From the NCBI RefSeq assembly GCF_009914755.1, contig NC_060928.1: a stretch of DNA of 64,000 nt. One strand, 5' to 3'. Of this stretch, positions 28,688 through 48,514 are shown piece by piece. A program made the translations under genes and the position numbers. Position 1 is the stretch's first letter. Every line of letters begins with the position of its first letter. This DNA comes from the human T2T-CHM13v2.0 reference genome, Homo sapiens. Below the pieces are notes generated by a model, which saw nothing but the letters and a program-made list of their open reading frames with translations, searched no databases and was not told the DNA's origin.

Positions 28688-28853
28688 TGTAGCAGGTCGA
28701 AAGATGGCCTTCAAAAAGATATGTCCACATCCTAATCCCTGGAACCTGTGAATGTGGCCCTATTTGGAAAAAGAGTCTTTGCAATGTAATTAAGTAACTA
28801 ATTCTGTTACAGTAATTATGGTAATTTGTTACAGCAGCCATAGGGAACTAATA
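28688..28853 (+). mobile_element. Internally deleted MLT1 LTR
   Basis: MLT1 5' end (agatatgtccacatcctaatccctggaacctgtg) joined to its 3' end (ttgttacagcagccatagggaactaata). Confidence 0.7.
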
Positions 28854-29904
28854 TATTAATAGAAGGTTATGGTATAATGGCTGGAACATAATCAAATACT
28901 ATTGTCATCACCATCAGTACCATTGCTATAGTCACCATTACTCTTATCACCTATCATGGGACCTGAAAAGTAGTATGTTCTTAGAAAATAGTGGTTGAAT
29001 AAAAATACAGTTCTTGCCTGTGGGATTCCAGTCTATTGGTAGTGGTAGTGCTGCTGATGAGAATTGTGCTTAAAGGTGGTATTGAAAGAGAGCTTCCAAA
29101 GTAGACTCCCTCTTAAAGTTTTGTTTTAAATGTCTTTTTGTGTGTTTGTGTGAAAGGTGACATTAGATCTTTTAAAATTGTTTTTTAGAAACACTTTTAT
29201 ACATTTTTAATTGTCCTTTTAGAATAAGGCTAATTTTGTACAAATAGACATTATAATGCACCCCCCACCCCACCGCCCCATAGAGAAAAAGTTGTTGTTT
29301 TTGGAAAACTGATGAGCACTTATAGTTCTACCAGTTTAAAAAATCTTAAACTATTCTTTTTTCCCTAATAGAATGTTAAGAAGCTAAAATTAATTTCATG
29401 TTCATCGGCCTTGAAGTGCCATTTACAGGTATACCTTGGAGCAATAATTTATTCCACCATGCCACAAGGTGCTTGAAAATCAACCAAAATTTACAAATAC
29501 TCATAAACCCAAACTGGGTGAGTTATATATAACTGTAAATTTTAGTTTGCTACTGGAAGAATTATTACCAGTGTTTCATAACTTGGTGTAATTAAAATAA
29601 AAGCTAAGGTTAATTGAGCTCTTACTGCATGGTAGACACTGTTCTAAGCTTTTTACAAGAATTGTCATTTTGCTCTCACAACCACTCTGCTTTCTTACCT
29701 ATTCTCTTTACTCAAGAGGAAGCTGAGGCACAGAGTGGTCAAGTAACTTGCCTAAGGTTATTTTGGCTTAAGTGGCAGAGATTCATAGTGACCGCGGCTC
29801 ATAACCTCTGCACTGCCCTGACTCGGCATACCATGTCAACTTTCATTTTTTAATACAATTTGAAGTAGAGAATATCAGTATATCATCATAAAAAAGATCC
29901 TTAT

Positions 29905-30220
<316 letters not shown>

Positions 30221-30911
30221 TCAAACTTTAGTGTGAATCTACAGGGATTCTGATTAGTGGGGCTGGGAATGTGCATTTTAAATAAGCACCCAGGTGGCTC
30301 TGACTATGCTTTGAGATACACCTACAGTTCACTTATGGCTTGTTTGTGTGCTTTAAGTTAGGCTACTCTTTGCATACATCTGTGTTCAAGGATGAGTCTA
30401 CTGAATACAAACATGTATCTAAACTTACACCTGAAGTGCCCACCGTAGTAATCACATTTCTTTTTGTAGAGAGTGAATACAAGGCCAGCATCAGAGAGAT
30501 TCATTTTTTTTTTTAACCTTTTGTATGAGCTTCAGAATCTGGTGTATTGACCTGAGGAAACTGTTAAGACGAATTTAAGAGAAAGCATAACATAAAGTTT
30601 CTACCCTAGTGGTATTTTATATATTGTTTTTATTAGAAGAAAAAGTGTAAATTCCACTTCGCAGTAGAGTAGTAGTTCCATTATTCGGGTTACTCTGAAT
30701 ATTAACTGTGGCCATGGAGGGAGTCTTCTCTTTTAAGTTTATTTAGTAAGAAAACTTTCACCCATTTGTACTACCAAAAACTCTGATTATGTGTGGTTTA
30801 GAATATGGGGGAAACACTAGGCTTTCAAATTTTACTACTTCAGTATTTTAGTTATATATCGAACTGGCTAACATGTTTTTCTTTCTTCTAGGGAGGTCAC
30901 AATCACATTGA

Positions 30912-31457
<546 letters not shown>

Positions 31458-31904
31458 TAAAAAAAAGTCTAAATAGTTTGCAATCGAATGGCGACTTTTT
31501 TCACAATATTTGGATGAATTTTAAATGAGTTTTCCTGGCAAATATTAGTTTTGTTAAGTTGAAAAAATTGCCATGACATTTGAACCAAGGCTATGTATTT
31601 TAAGAAAATAATATAAGATTTTTACTTTGGCAAGAATCTTGCTCTGGATCCCAGGACAGAAATATTCATAGGAAGAACTACTAGTGAGTTTACTCCTTTT
31701 TCTTTTAGTAGTCCTTCTGCTTAAATAGTTTAAAGTGAATTCCCTGTTTTGTTGTCGTATCAACTATAATTATCACGTTTGAAAATTCTGCCTCTTAGGT
31801 ATTTCATTAGTCTTTCTATAGGCAAGTCTCACTTCCTTCAGGTACTTTTTATTGAGTTTCTCGGAGTGACTGTAAACCCAGCCTTCTCAATACCAAAATG
31901 TATT

Positions 31905-32471
31905 TTATTTATTTTTATTTTTTATTTTTGTACTTTATTTTTTGAGACAGTCTTGCTCTGTCGCCCAGGCTGGAGTGCAGTGGCGCGATCTCGGCTCACT
32001 GCAACCTCTGCCTCCTGGGTTCAGGTTCATGCAGTTCTCCTGCCTCAGCCTCCCGAGTAGCTAGGATTACAGGCATGCACTACCATGCCCAGCTAATTTT
32101 TGTATTTTTAATAGAGACAGGGTTTCACCATGTTGGCCAGGCTGGTCTTGAACTCCTGACCTCAAGTGATCCACCCGTCTTGGCCTCCCAAAGTGCTGGG
32201 ATTACAGGCATGAACTACTGTGCTCAGCTATTTTTAGTCTCACTCTATCACCCAGGCTGGAATGCAGTGGTGATCATAGCTCTGACATCATGCTTGGCTC
32301 CAATATCATGCCTCCAACATCATCCTTGGCTAATTTTTTTTAGAAGTTTTTTGTAGAGATGGGGTCTCATTATGTTGCCCAGGCTGGTATCAAACTCCTG
32401 GGCTCAAGCAGTCCTCCCACCTTGGCCTACCAAAGTGCTGGGACTACAGGCATGGGCTACCATGCCCAGCC
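31905..32471 (-). mobile_element. Two tandem antisense Alus (S-type, then J-type)
   Basis: Reverse Alu ~31905-32230 followed by a degenerate second copy. Confidence 0.85.
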
Positions 32472-33379
32472 TATCAAAATGTACTTTAAGAAAGAGATCA
32501 TATTTATTTATTGTCTGTATATTAGATGTTCATTTGATTTCTTGAACAATTTGACTTGGTTCTGAAATTGTTTTTGAAATTGTGCATTGTAAAACAATTT
32601 AGATATGTTTGACCAGCAGGAATTAAACAAGCCAGTTTAGGTGGAATGAGAATGTCCCACGGTGGTGAACTAGGTGATTTGAACCAACCCTCGTGCTAAA
32701 AACAACTTGTCTTGGTGGTTAAAGTGCAAAAATTTTGTGGAGAATGAGTAAATACTTTTAAAATTTCATGTTACATTACACCTTTGTCTCACAGTTTATT
32801 GGCAATGCAGACACAAAAGCCTCCTAGTTTTTAGGTTAATGGGCATAGATGCTTTAAGATAATTTCAAAATAGCTCACCAACCAATATTTATACCAGTCC
32901 CCATTTTTCAGACTTCTTAATCTTCTGCCCTTACTGAGGGATTCTCATTTTGAGAGTACTACCTTGGATGTTAATAATCTTTATGTATGGTAAACAAAGA
33001 TAATAGCAAACTCCCGCAGAGAAATTCTAGGTATGACAAAGTGCCTACTTACTAAGATTTTAGAGAATCTGTGAAAAAATGTCTCAGAAATGTGTGGAAT
33101 TAACTAGCAGTTCACAGATAACTTTGTAGTGCTATTCCAGTTCTTCCATCTTGATCTTATGAGGCCAGATAAACCTGTCTTTATTGCAGTTATTTTTTTC
33201 ACCACCATAAGTAAAAGCAACAAATGTTTATTCAGCACCTAAAAAGGTGTTTAAGATAGTATTGGATCTGCCCCAAGAATTGTGGTAAAGAGTCAGGCAT
33301 CCCATACACTATACATATTTTGAGTGTAGTTAGTTAAATGTCTATGTTTTATATATTTCATTTAACATACACTTATATG

Positions 33380-33610
33380 TCTCTTATGCCATGCACTGTT
33401 CTAAACATATTGCAGACATTAACTCATCTAATTCTTAAAACAACCTGAAGAGAGAGGTACTATTACTATATCTATTTTATTGCAGTGGACACTGAGGCAT
33501 AGAAAGAGGTTAAGTAATTTACCCAAGATCACATAGCTCGTGGGAGGCAGAGCTAGAATGAGAACTGGCTGCGTGGCTTCAGGGTTTGTGCTCTTACCGG
33601 CCGTGCACTG
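33380..33610 (-). mobile_element. MIR
   Basis: actgaggcatagaaagaggttaagtaatttacccaagatcac core. Confidence 0.75.
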
Positions 33611-34154
33611 CCAACTCTCCAAGTGGGGGAGTTTTCTGCTTTTCTTAACATAAATTATTTTTTTCAGAATTCAGTTTATATTCTTTGAGTTATGAGTGAG
33701 ATGAAGAAAAAAGATGATCCCTTATAAATAGAAAATTGCTTTCTCAATCACTGGGAATTTCTAGAATAATGAGTTGTTTTTCCAGTGGGAAGAAGTATAC
33801 AGAACTGAGGTAGGTAGAATAATTACTGATCATGATGAGAGGTGGGCAGATGTAGAAACTGAGCACATTAACAATGGAGACAATGAAGTCTGTCCAGAAA
33901 GATCTACTTTATAGTACAAAGGCAAAGCATGTTTTGTAGTTTTTAAAAGTGAATTTTGTGAACATTTGGAACCCAGGGTGTTTCCTTCCTATAGCCCCAT
34001 TACTCAGGAATTAAAGAAACAGATTTTTATTTGCCATTTTAGGACATGTTGAAATATATTAATTGTGGTTTTAATACATTAGGGGAAATAGAAGGTAGTC
34101 TAATATTTTACTCAGTAAAACTGATCGTAGTTCTGATTTCATTTGTTTCATTGA

Positions 34155-34313
<159 letters not shown>

Positions 34314-36579
34314 TGATTCTTTTTCAATTGCAGAGGTCTGGGGGCTTTCTGTTACAATTTAGTAGGAATTGGCACAGTTGGGTGACCTCTAACTGCTAGC
34401 TAAGTTTGGTCTCGCTAAAGGAAGGGAGTTCTGCAGAGTTAGGTGGAAGCTGAGAGAAGTAGTTTGGGAGTGTTGTACTCCTCAGAGGAGGCCAGCTTGT
34501 GGATAGCTCAGTGGGCACTCAGAAAACTGCGACAACAGGTGCCAGAAGTTGAAGATGATCAAATGCAAATTTCAGTCCTTCAGCTTCCATGCATAAGGCC
34601 AGGCCCCTCTTTGCTCCTGTTGTGTTTCCTGGCTGCATTAGCACCTGTGCAATTCAGAAAATAGGTCCTTACTCATGTGTCATTTTCCTCATAATGTTTT
34701 AACATCTCTTAAGCTTTAGAAAAACCTTACTGCTGTTTATAATTGTCAACTGTTTATATAATATGTTCAGTTAAACAGAAAGCTCTTAGAGGGGCACTGT
34801 AATATACTGCCATTCCCCTTACAGTATTTAGCATAGTACATTGTACGTTGCACAGAATGTTAAGCAGTTACTTTCTGATTTGATGTCATGAAGTCACTCA
34901 AAGTTTAATTTGCAGCTCATCAGCGATAAAATGAATATAAACTTAGTTCCCCAAAGGATCATTTAAAGAAAACAGAAAGCATACCATATAAACAGGAAAG
35001 GTTTTTTCTTCCCTTACCCCTCTTTATGATTTAAGCTTTTCATATTACAGTTACTCACTTAGCAAGTATTTGAGTGCCTACTATAGGTGAGGCATTGTAC
35101 ATGGAAGGTTCTTAAACTGTGTTATATAATGGTGAACAAGATACAGTCCTGGCTTTAGTGAGGTTTACATCTTATGCAGGAAACACAAACACAGGCCATT
35201 ACAATACAATGTGTGTTGTGAAGGGGTAAATACAAGATGCTTTATGGAAGTATTTGGTTTTTGCATACTGTGTTATAATGTGGGTTTAATACTAAGTATT
35301 CAGAATGATGATGTAATCATATTTTAGGGACTTAGGTTAATATAGACGTGGACAATTCCTATTATCACCCCATTCCTATTATCATCCCATTGAGAAATCT
35401 AGCTCAGAACATTCAAAATTTTTGAGTCACTATAATAAAAAAAGTTAACTGTAAAATAAAATTTTTGCTCACAAGGTTCAAAATTAAATCCATGTCAATA
35501 TGTTGTCTCATTTACAGCTTTAGAACTTTGTTAAAAGTAAGTACTTAATGAAGGATTTTTTAGTAAGTGGCCCTCATTTATATATAGGTGAGAAGGCCAT
35601 TCCCCCATTTTCACAATATTCTAGAATACTTAACAATAGAAAAAAATAATAGCTTGAGATAATAATAGACAAAAATAATGTCATAAAATAGCCTGTGATT
35701 AAAGTTACATAGCTATGTGTTTCCTAACCTTTCTCAAAAAATAGTGGTCCCTTTCTCAGGCAAAAAATTATATAGACTTTGAAAGAAAAAAATACAAGGA
35801 TAGACAAAACACTATGAATATAAATTTCTACCTTATTGTATCAGTGCATACACTTGAAAAACAGCATTACATTAAAGTTTGAGAAGCATTAGTTTTTTGG
35901 TCTATAGTCAATCTTTTTTGTGCTTTAAATTCACAGACCCCCTGTGATAGCTTTGAGACCTTCGTGAGAGTCTACAATTAACAGTTTTGGAATTTCTGGC
36001 TAAGACATGGGAAAGTAATTTCCTAATGTTTACTTCAGTGTGATGGGATCTATAGGATAGTAATTTAAAGTATAGCTTTGGCAGATTGTTTACTTACACA
36101 GAGATTATTTCATGCAGAAAATTACCTTAGAAAAAGGTTGTATGTGAAGTAAATAAGGAAGTTGATGTATGGGGTACATGTGTGGTCTAGAATTAGAACC
36201 TATGAGAAGACTCTGAACTGGCATTTAGTGGTAAAAGAGCATATCTTTAAGAAACTTTTCAATCTTTAACATTATGTGGAAAGATATGTGGAAACATTAT
36301 GTGGAAAGAGGGAAAATGAATATTCAGATTAGAACAGCAGTACACCTACAAATGTTGGTATATGACTAAAGCAAAGTAGTAAAACATAATAGTCCCAGGA
36401 CTTTCAGTCTTCTAGAATTTGTAAGTATTGATGTTTGTCAAAATATTATACTACAATGAAAACAAAAACATAACCAGTTTTATTCCACAGTTATTGAGTG
36501 CCTACTCTTAACACTTTGTTAAGCATTTAGTGTACAACCTATGTAAGACGTGGTCCTGTAGGCAAAGACTTATTTAAAG

Positions 36580-36782
36580 CATGGTTTCTCAAGTTTGGCG
36601 GTAGTGACATTTTATGTCAAATCATTCTTTGTTGTGGGTGGCTGTCCTGTGCATTGAAGGATGCTTATTTAGCAGCATATCTGGCCTCTACCCAGTAGAT
36701 GCCAGTAGCACCCTACCCCTCACTTGTGACAAGTAAATATGTCTCTAGACATTGCCAGATTGCCCCCAGTTGAGAACCACTG
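36580..36782. mobile_element. MER20
   Basis: catggtttctcaa...gacattgccaga...gttgagaaccactg. Confidence 0.8.
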
Positions 36783-37789
36783 TGTGAAAGAGATAAGAAT
36801 TAAAAATATGAAACCAAAAAATGTGTTGTATGAATAGTTTTCCATCCATTAACTCAGCTTACATTGCATTCAGTGAGAGCTCCAAATTTTCTAAGTAGTA
36901 GGCGATTAGAAGCAACAGACTGGGCAGAAGGGGCAGCTTGAAGATATATTTGTGTAGCATTTACGTAAGGTTGAGAAAATGTCATTTGCAAAAATAAAAG
37001 AATGAGGAGTGGAGGGTGCTCATGGAGATAATAGAAAGGGGAGGGACACTAAAGTTCTCTTATGCCCTCCAGGATGCTGGCATACATTGCAGAGCTGTTG
37101 TACCTTAGAAAATCACAGAGATGGGCATGGGCTGAAAAGGTTCCAGGCAGACTATATGAAGGAGCAAGGACTTTTACTGATCTTTATAAGGTGGATAAGT
37201 TCTGTGTTTTTGTTATTAACGGTTTTTGAAGCACATTCCTGTATATAATTACATTTGCTTCTCCCAGTAGCATATTACCCTTGTGATGTAGCTGAGGAAA
37301 GAGGATTCAGGAAGGTAAAGTGACCTCTCAAAATTGAATAGTGTGAAATGGTGGAGCCAGAATACAGACCCTGGGCTTGACACATTGTAACTTAGCAGTG
37401 AGGAAGCAGGAGAGATACTTCTGGCATGAGAGCACAAACAAAAAAGATGGGACGAAGCAAACACAGTGATGTTAAGATGACAGTAAAGTAACCACCCTGG
37501 TTGGAACAGAGGATTGGTGTGGGGACTAGTAGAAGCCAGAGTTGGACAGGTAAGGTGCGGCTGAAGAATCTAGATTGGAACCTTTGGTCAGGGGGAAGCT
37601 ATAAATTATAGATTTTGAGGGGCTTGAAATGTTAAGATTAATCTGACATCATTGTATACAATGAGTTGGAGAGAAGCTCAGTAATATGAAATGCAGTTTG
37701 AGATTTAGGGAGAAATGGCATAAAGCACTTCCCTCTAGGAACTGGCTGATAATTGACCCGTAAAACTGTTCCATGATTATAAAATGTAA

Positions 37790-38107
<318 letters not shown>

Positions 38108-39299
38108 TAGAAGATATGAATGTATAGGTTATAATCTTTACCCTCCAAGATCTTATTTTAAAAAGTAAAAATAAGCCATCTATCTGGATAACTGTTATAC
38201 AGGTGGTATATTATACATGCCAGAGGAGAACTGTAAACATTAGGATGATCTGTGTAAATGATGCTTTGGCACAACACCTATTTTAAGTACATTTCATATG
38301 TCTACTGTGTTCATCAAGAAAATTAATGTAGTTGGGTGCCTTTTGAAAATGCAAATATGTTTTATTTCATTGTTTTATATCCTTAGCATATAGTTACATG
38401 TGATGAAGACACTGAAATGAAAACCCTAATAAATTCTTTCTTGTGGAGAGACAGTCTATTATATTACTGTGGGATAAATGTTTGTGATACAGCCTAACTC
38501 AGATGTGGGGGTCCAGTGAAGACTTCCTAGAGGAGGTCACAGCTGAACTCAGTTTCGAAGGAAGAATTGGAGATAAACAAAGTATGCGATAAAGGGCATT
38601 TGCAAAGATACACGGGAGTGAGAAAACATGGCCCATCCAGAGAAGTACAGTTTGCTCAGGATACTTAGAGCAAAGAGTGTGAAGGCAGGGAATGAAGGGA
38701 GGTCAGTTGGAGCAGTAGGCCAGGGCCAGATTGTCAGGGACCTTACATGCCATGCCAAGGAGTCTTCTGGAGTTTACCCTGAAAGGAGCAGGAAGATCCT
38801 GCTGGATAAGCAGGAGAGTGAGAAAACCAGATAGGTATTTTGGAGAGATCCCTGGCAGCAGAGTATAGAATGATTAGAAGGAGGGCTAGAATAGAATCAG
38901 GAGACCACTGTACTAATCCCAGAAGGAGATGGTGGAGGTCTGAACCAAGCAAAGGAAGTAGGAATGGCGATGAGATAGATCAACAAAACACTGAAGATAA
39001 ATGGGCAGGATTTTATCCATGATAAGATGTGAGATAAGGAAGGAAGGGGAATTGCAGATAATAGAGAATACTGTAGAAAAAGTAGATTTGCAGAGAGGAA
39101 AACAATGAGTTCAGTTGTGAATATATTAAGTGTTAAATGCTTATTAGGTATCCGAGTGACTGTGTGTCTCAAGAGAAAAGGACTGAATGAGAAATACAGA
39201 TTTAACAGTTACCAGCATGGTTCATAGTTTCATAGTTTAAGTTAAAAATTTGGTTCAGATCAACTGGGGAAAATATGGGACAAAAATGGAAGATATTTA

Positions 39300-40310
<1,011 letters not shown>

Positions 40311-40519
40311 AATAGCCATGACAGGGCTTTAGAAACTCCACCATTAAAAAGTAGATGAATGAAGAGTTAGTTGCCTGAGTAGTAGTAGGAGAATCAAAGG
40401 AGAAGAGCACCTTAAAAACCAAATATATTACCTGGTTATATTTAGCTACCTTTCCCAGAAACTCAAAATAACAGTGACTCAAACAAGAAAGAGGTTATTT
40501 TCTATATAAAAGAGACCTA

Positions 40520-41120
40520 GAGCGGGCATTGTGGCCCCAGCCTGTAATCCCAGCACTTTGGGAGGCCAAGGCAGGCAGGCTGCTTGAACCCAGGAGTTCC
40601 AAACCTCCCTGGGCAAGATGGTAAAACCCCGTCTCTACAGAAAAATAAAAAAATTAGCTGGGCATGGTGGCATGCACCTGTAGTCCTAGCTACTTGGTAG
40701 GCTGAGGTGGGAGGATCACCTGAGCCTGGGGAGTCTGAGGCTGCAGTGAGCTGTGATGGCACCACTGCACTCCAGCTGGGGTGACAGAGTGAGACTCTGT
40801 CTCAAAAAATAAAAGAACCCTGAGGTCAGGCATGGTGGCTTACACCTGTAGTCCCAGCAGTTCAGGAGGCCAAGGTGGAAGGATTGCTTGAGCCCAGGAG
40901 TTTGAGACCAGCCTGGGCAACATAGCAAGCCTTGGTTCTATCAAAAAAAAAAAAAAAAAAAAAAATTAGCCAGGCATTGTGTTACACACCTGTAGTTCCA
41001 TCTATTCAGGAGGCTGAGGTGAAAGAATGGCTTGAGCCCAGGAGTTCAAGGCTGCAGTGAGCCACGATCGTGCCATTGCACTCTAGCCTGGGCAACAGAG
41101 CAAGACCCAATCTCTCTTTA
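40520..41120 (+). mobile_element. Two tandem sense AluJ elements
   Basis: Alu dimers at ~40520-40812 and ~40824-41115. Confidence 0.88.
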
Positions 41121-41543
41121 AAATACAAAGGAGCCTGAGGCAGGCAGTCCACAGCAGGTATGGTGCTTTGACAGTGCCCTCGGTGTCACAGGTTTCTTTT
41201 GTCTGCCTGCTTACCATTCTTAGCACTCAGTTTCCATCCTCCAGTTTGCTCATGGTTAAAAGATGGCTGATGAAGCTCTGACTGACACTTCCATGTTCCA
41301 CATAGATGGAAGAAGGAAAGGGAAATAAGGAAGCAGAGAGGGGTGGCATAAGAGGTATAGCTGAATTAGCCATCTTTAAAAAACTTTTCTGGGAACCCCA
41401 TCTAATGACTGTTGCTTTGACTCATTCATCATATCTCGCTGAAAGGAGATCTTGTGAATGTGGTCTTTCATCTGATACACTGATACTCCTAATAACATTG
41501 GAATAAGAAAATAGGGAAGAATAAATATTAAATAGGCAACTAG

Positions 41544-41810
<267 letters not shown>

Positions 41811-42865
41811 GACAGTTTTAAGTGGGGTGAGATGAACATGAAGTGAAGTGGAAGGAGTCAGCATAAATTACCTTTTTCCAGAAACGAGTATTTTAATAAA
41901 AGTGAGAAACGTGGTGATAGTTGGAGGAGTTTGTGAGTTTTTGTCTTGTTATTTTGTTGTTGTTGTTTTTGTTTTATGTGGCTTTAAGATGAGAAAGATT
42001 TGAGCACAATTTATGTATTGTGCCGGGGGGCAAGAGCCTGTAGATAAATGAGAGGTTAAAGATAATAATCAGCAAGGACCCAGAGGAAGTGGAAAGGAAT
42101 GAGAGATTCCTTTTCAGTCAAATAGTTCTTATTACACTGAGACTGCAGAGGAGGCAGTAAGGCTGAGTTTGTATTTGTGTCTTGTTACCTGTGGAGTACG
42201 GGAGAGGGAGAAGCCTAGGAAGTTCTTGCCTTTATTTCCTCTGTGAAGTAGGTGCTGTAGTCCTCATCAAGCGGGGAGATTATGGGACAGTGAATGTTCA
42301 TAATAGCTGCTGTGGGAAATGGAACGGAAGCCAACCGAGGGCATTTAGGGAGATTGCTTTTGCCAGGCCGTAAGGAAGATGTAGCAGAGGCTGCCTGTCG
42401 TGGCTCTTGTCCACAGAGTTGAGTGATTTCTCTCACGTGCCTATGGAGGAGAGAACACACATAGTTGGATTGATCCATACATAATTGGGCGTTTGCAGGC
42501 AAGTATGAGGACAAGAAGACAAAAAAGATGAAAGTATTTGTAGGCATGATTCAAGATTAGAGTCACAGTGTTCAAGCTGCTCGCTGATGAAAAGGAAGCC
42601 AAGAAAGAGCTGTGAGAGTGAGGAGAGGATGGAAGCCTTTAGGTTCTCCATTCAATCCAAGAACGGAGCGGGAGAGCTGGGAAGGATAACGGGTTTGCTT
42701 AGAGGGTAAGATATGACATTTAATACATTCTTCAGAAGTGAGATGTTTAAAGGAGTGACCAGGTTGACTGTGTGACCATGAGTATGAGTAAATGAAGTAG
42801 AATGGAAATGGTCAATGTAGTTGAGAAAGTCAAATAATGGTGAGTATTTTAGGATATAGTTGTGA

Positions 42866-43042
<177 letters not shown>

Positions 43043-43299
43043 TAAACTAAGTTGATAATGGTTTAGAAAATGAAATATCATTCATGTTGGCTAAAATACC
43101 TGAATCAAAGGCAGATTCTCTATATTTTTTCCTAACTTACAGGAATAGAATATGTGTCCTTGAGAATGTAAAATTATGCAACATTAATTTTTCCATCTGT
43201 AACATGACTGAAATACATGGATCGCTCCAGCCAGTAGAGACCATTGTTGCATAGATGTTGTTAGTACGTTGATTCAAAAGTTCTGGGGAGAGTGGGATC

Positions 43300-45010
<1,711 letters not shown>

Positions 45011-45810
45011 AATGCTTCTGTTTCAATTTTATAATTCTAAAACATAGTGATTGCAGACTATCGCTGCTTATTTAGAAACATTAACTATTAGTATTTCATA
45101 ATTGAATGTTTTGTTTAAAAATATTTGAAAAGAAATTTTAATCTTATGTAGAAAAATCTGTATTTACTAAATAAGGTTTGGCTTTTGGATTTCATCCTTT
45201 ATTTCTAATATTTTTATGTGACATAATTTGAATTAAGAGATTGAGGTTTGTCCACGCAAAGCTGAAATAAGAAAAATACAAAGTATAAAAATAAATAATA
45301 ATAAAAAAAGAGATTGACATATTTTTAGGCATCAGGTTCTTTTTCCTCAAATGCAAATTGAAAATAAAATGCTATATACATTTAAGGAAAATTTCAAAGA
45401 CTTTTTTCTGGAAATGCAGATGTTAAGGATAGGTGTTTTCTTTTTAAGCACCTTAATGATGAATGGTTTTGCATCCTGCAGTGTTAGCTCAGGAGAAGCA
45501 CATTCCATCACGAGATAATGTGAACTGTCCTGCCACTCAATCATGTTGTGACTTGATGTATTTACCCTAATTCTGAATGTATTTCAACATGTTAGTCTCT
45601 AAATTTGGAAGAGATATTACAGATGACTTCTATAATTCCAATAGCCAATGCTTTTGAGTAATTTCTGTCAAGTAATGGTGATTCTTGGCATCCAGGGCTT
45701 AGGAGGATATGGATGAAAAGTTAATGAAATGTATGACTTTCAAAATCTGAGCATTGACTAGTTTTCCCATTTTTATGTTGGTTGTCATTAAATGTTTCTG
45801 ATCTCTTTAG

Positions 45811-46044
<234 letters not shown>

Positions 46045-46963
46045 TAATCAATCTTGCTTCTATGTGAAGATGATAGTTTTAAAAATCATGACAAAGACGG
46101 AGTGTGTAGTCATGATTTTAAATATAATCCTTTAACCACTAGATGTCAAAAACTAGATCAGAGATGATAGATGTGATTGTAATACTTGATTTGAGCCATT
46201 TGGAAGTGATAGCAAATCCATTCTGAAAGGAACCATCCTTATTAAGATTATGGAGCAGTTAATGATTTGATTATCTATATTGGAATTTGATTCCCATTAT
46301 GTTTGTTGGGTGCCATTTTCAGTAAGGAAAAAATTTTAATCCTGTAATAAGTGATGCAGTAATATTGATGTGGTCATCTTTATCTGTAGACAGACACTAT
46401 GTTATTAAAGAATAAGCTGTAATCATTATAATGAGGACAATGATGACTTATCTTACTGTCATATCCCAGTTTTTCCCAATCATGTTGTCTGCATTGAGTC
46501 TGGATTCACCTCATATATACATGCAGATGTCAGATACCCAGCTCTTCCACTTGCTAAATCAGGCAAATTTGGCAGAGAGAATTAGGCTATTTCTCAACCT
46601 AGCTTCATTTTCTGGCACTCAGTCCTCAGGGGAACCTACCTGGCATTGCCCTTGTCACAAGTCCTCTATGATGCCCCTGACCATCTGAGCAATTAAAATA
46701 AAATAAATTAAATTAAAATAAATCTCTGGGCTTAAAATTTGACCTTGAATCAGTGTTTTATTTCTGCTATGCACTTAGTAATCCTAGGTATATTACCTCA
46801 GAATATATATTGGTATATTTACTTTGACACAGCAATAAAATCTCACTCTTGTCAATTGCCTATTTTTGTAGACCGTAAGAATTAACTGGCAGGTATCAGC
46901 GTCCCTGTAAAAATTTTTTCTATCATTTTAAGTAAAATGGTCTGGTTCTTCCCTTTTCGATAG

Positions 46964-47249
<286 letters not shown>

Positions 47250-47251
<2 letters not shown>

Positions 47252-47255
47252 TAAA
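47250..47255 (+). terminator. AATAAA poly(A) signal overlapping the MMAA stop codon
   Basis: GAC TAA TAAA; TAA is 47249-47251, followed by AT-rich sequence. Confidence 0.55.
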
Positions 47256-48508
47256 ATTCATCCTGTATAATAATTTTACATATCATTTCATAAAGTATTT
47301 TAATAGAAAAATCACTTGTATGCTTATATTTTCAGTAATTATTGTATGGTGCTCTTGTCTTCTTTGTTTGTGACCCATGCTTGAAAACTTGAAGGAAGTT
47401 AGATATGAATGGCAAAAGTTAGGCAGTATTTATAAGGTACCTGTTTTATGTTACTGATATCTGTTTCCTTCTCTTCTTATACCCTGGCATGGTGGCCTGT
47501 AGGGTAGTTTCTTCTTAATAGTCAAGAACAGAGAAAGCTGAGGAGAGCAGAAAATATCTTGCACTTTAAAATGCTTATTTTGATTCCATATTATCTGAAT
47601 TTCCAGAGAGGATGTAAACAAGAGTGACCATATTTTTGGAGTCCTTCTTGAAGCCAGAACAACACACAGTGGGTTGCTAAGAGCCGACAATCATAATTGA
47701 CATTTAGTGTACCAGATTATTCTAAGAATTTCTGAAATTACCATGTACATGAGTAATGAAACAACTGGAATAATGTGATGATGTGAACACAATTTTAAAG
47801 TCTGCTTGTCTGGATTTGCAGGTACCCTTCCGCCACCCCCCAACATGATAGGTAAGAGAGCAAAAGGGAACTGGGAAAAATCAGCTACAAATAAAATGGG
47901 TGACTAATCCCCAGTTCTTGGACCCATTATATTTGTAGCCAATTGGAGTAAACCCCTAAAAGACAAAGTGAGGTCAGAATGATTCAAGGATTATTCAGTT
48001 TGAAGACTACCAAAGGCTTTTGCTTCTCTTCTTCCTTGGCCATTTCACTTCATTTTAGTATTTTAAAAATCTTTTTTCTTGATGGTGAACAAGTTTTGTC
48101 CTATGCTATGGAGGAGGCATAGCACAGTGATTAAGAGCTTGGGCTCTGTAGTTGGACTATGTGGGTTTAAACTTTAAACCCAGATCAATTGTATATTAGC
48201 TACATGAGCTAATCTCTTTAAGCTTCCATTTCCTCCCTGGTAAAATGAAATTGGCAAATAACTTTCTAAGGTTAGTGAAGATAGGAAATACTCGAAGGCT
48301 GCTTACTATCCTTATTACATTAAAGTTATGGGTATCTTGAAACTACAAACCTGATGTATAATTTCAGTTTTCTCTCATGGTCTTGTTACTACCATCATAC
48401 TCTTGATATTTTAGGATACTTTAGGATTACCTTTGAAGAACCCTTTCTAGTTAATTCTTTGAATATGTTTTATACTTATTTGATGGTAGTTGTAACTGTG
48501 TACATTTG

Positions 48509-48514
48509 AATAAA
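48509..48514 (+). terminator. Candidate second MMAA poly(A) signal
   Basis: AATAAA preceded by two TGTA (CFIm) motifs: ttgtaactgtgtacatttgAATAAA. Confidence 0.55.

Noticed and set aside
31790-31847. Possible cryptic exon ttag|GTATTT...TTCAG|gtactt in intron 2
   Set aside because: 43 nt with an in-frame TAG and a weak donor; cannot be supported without transcript data.
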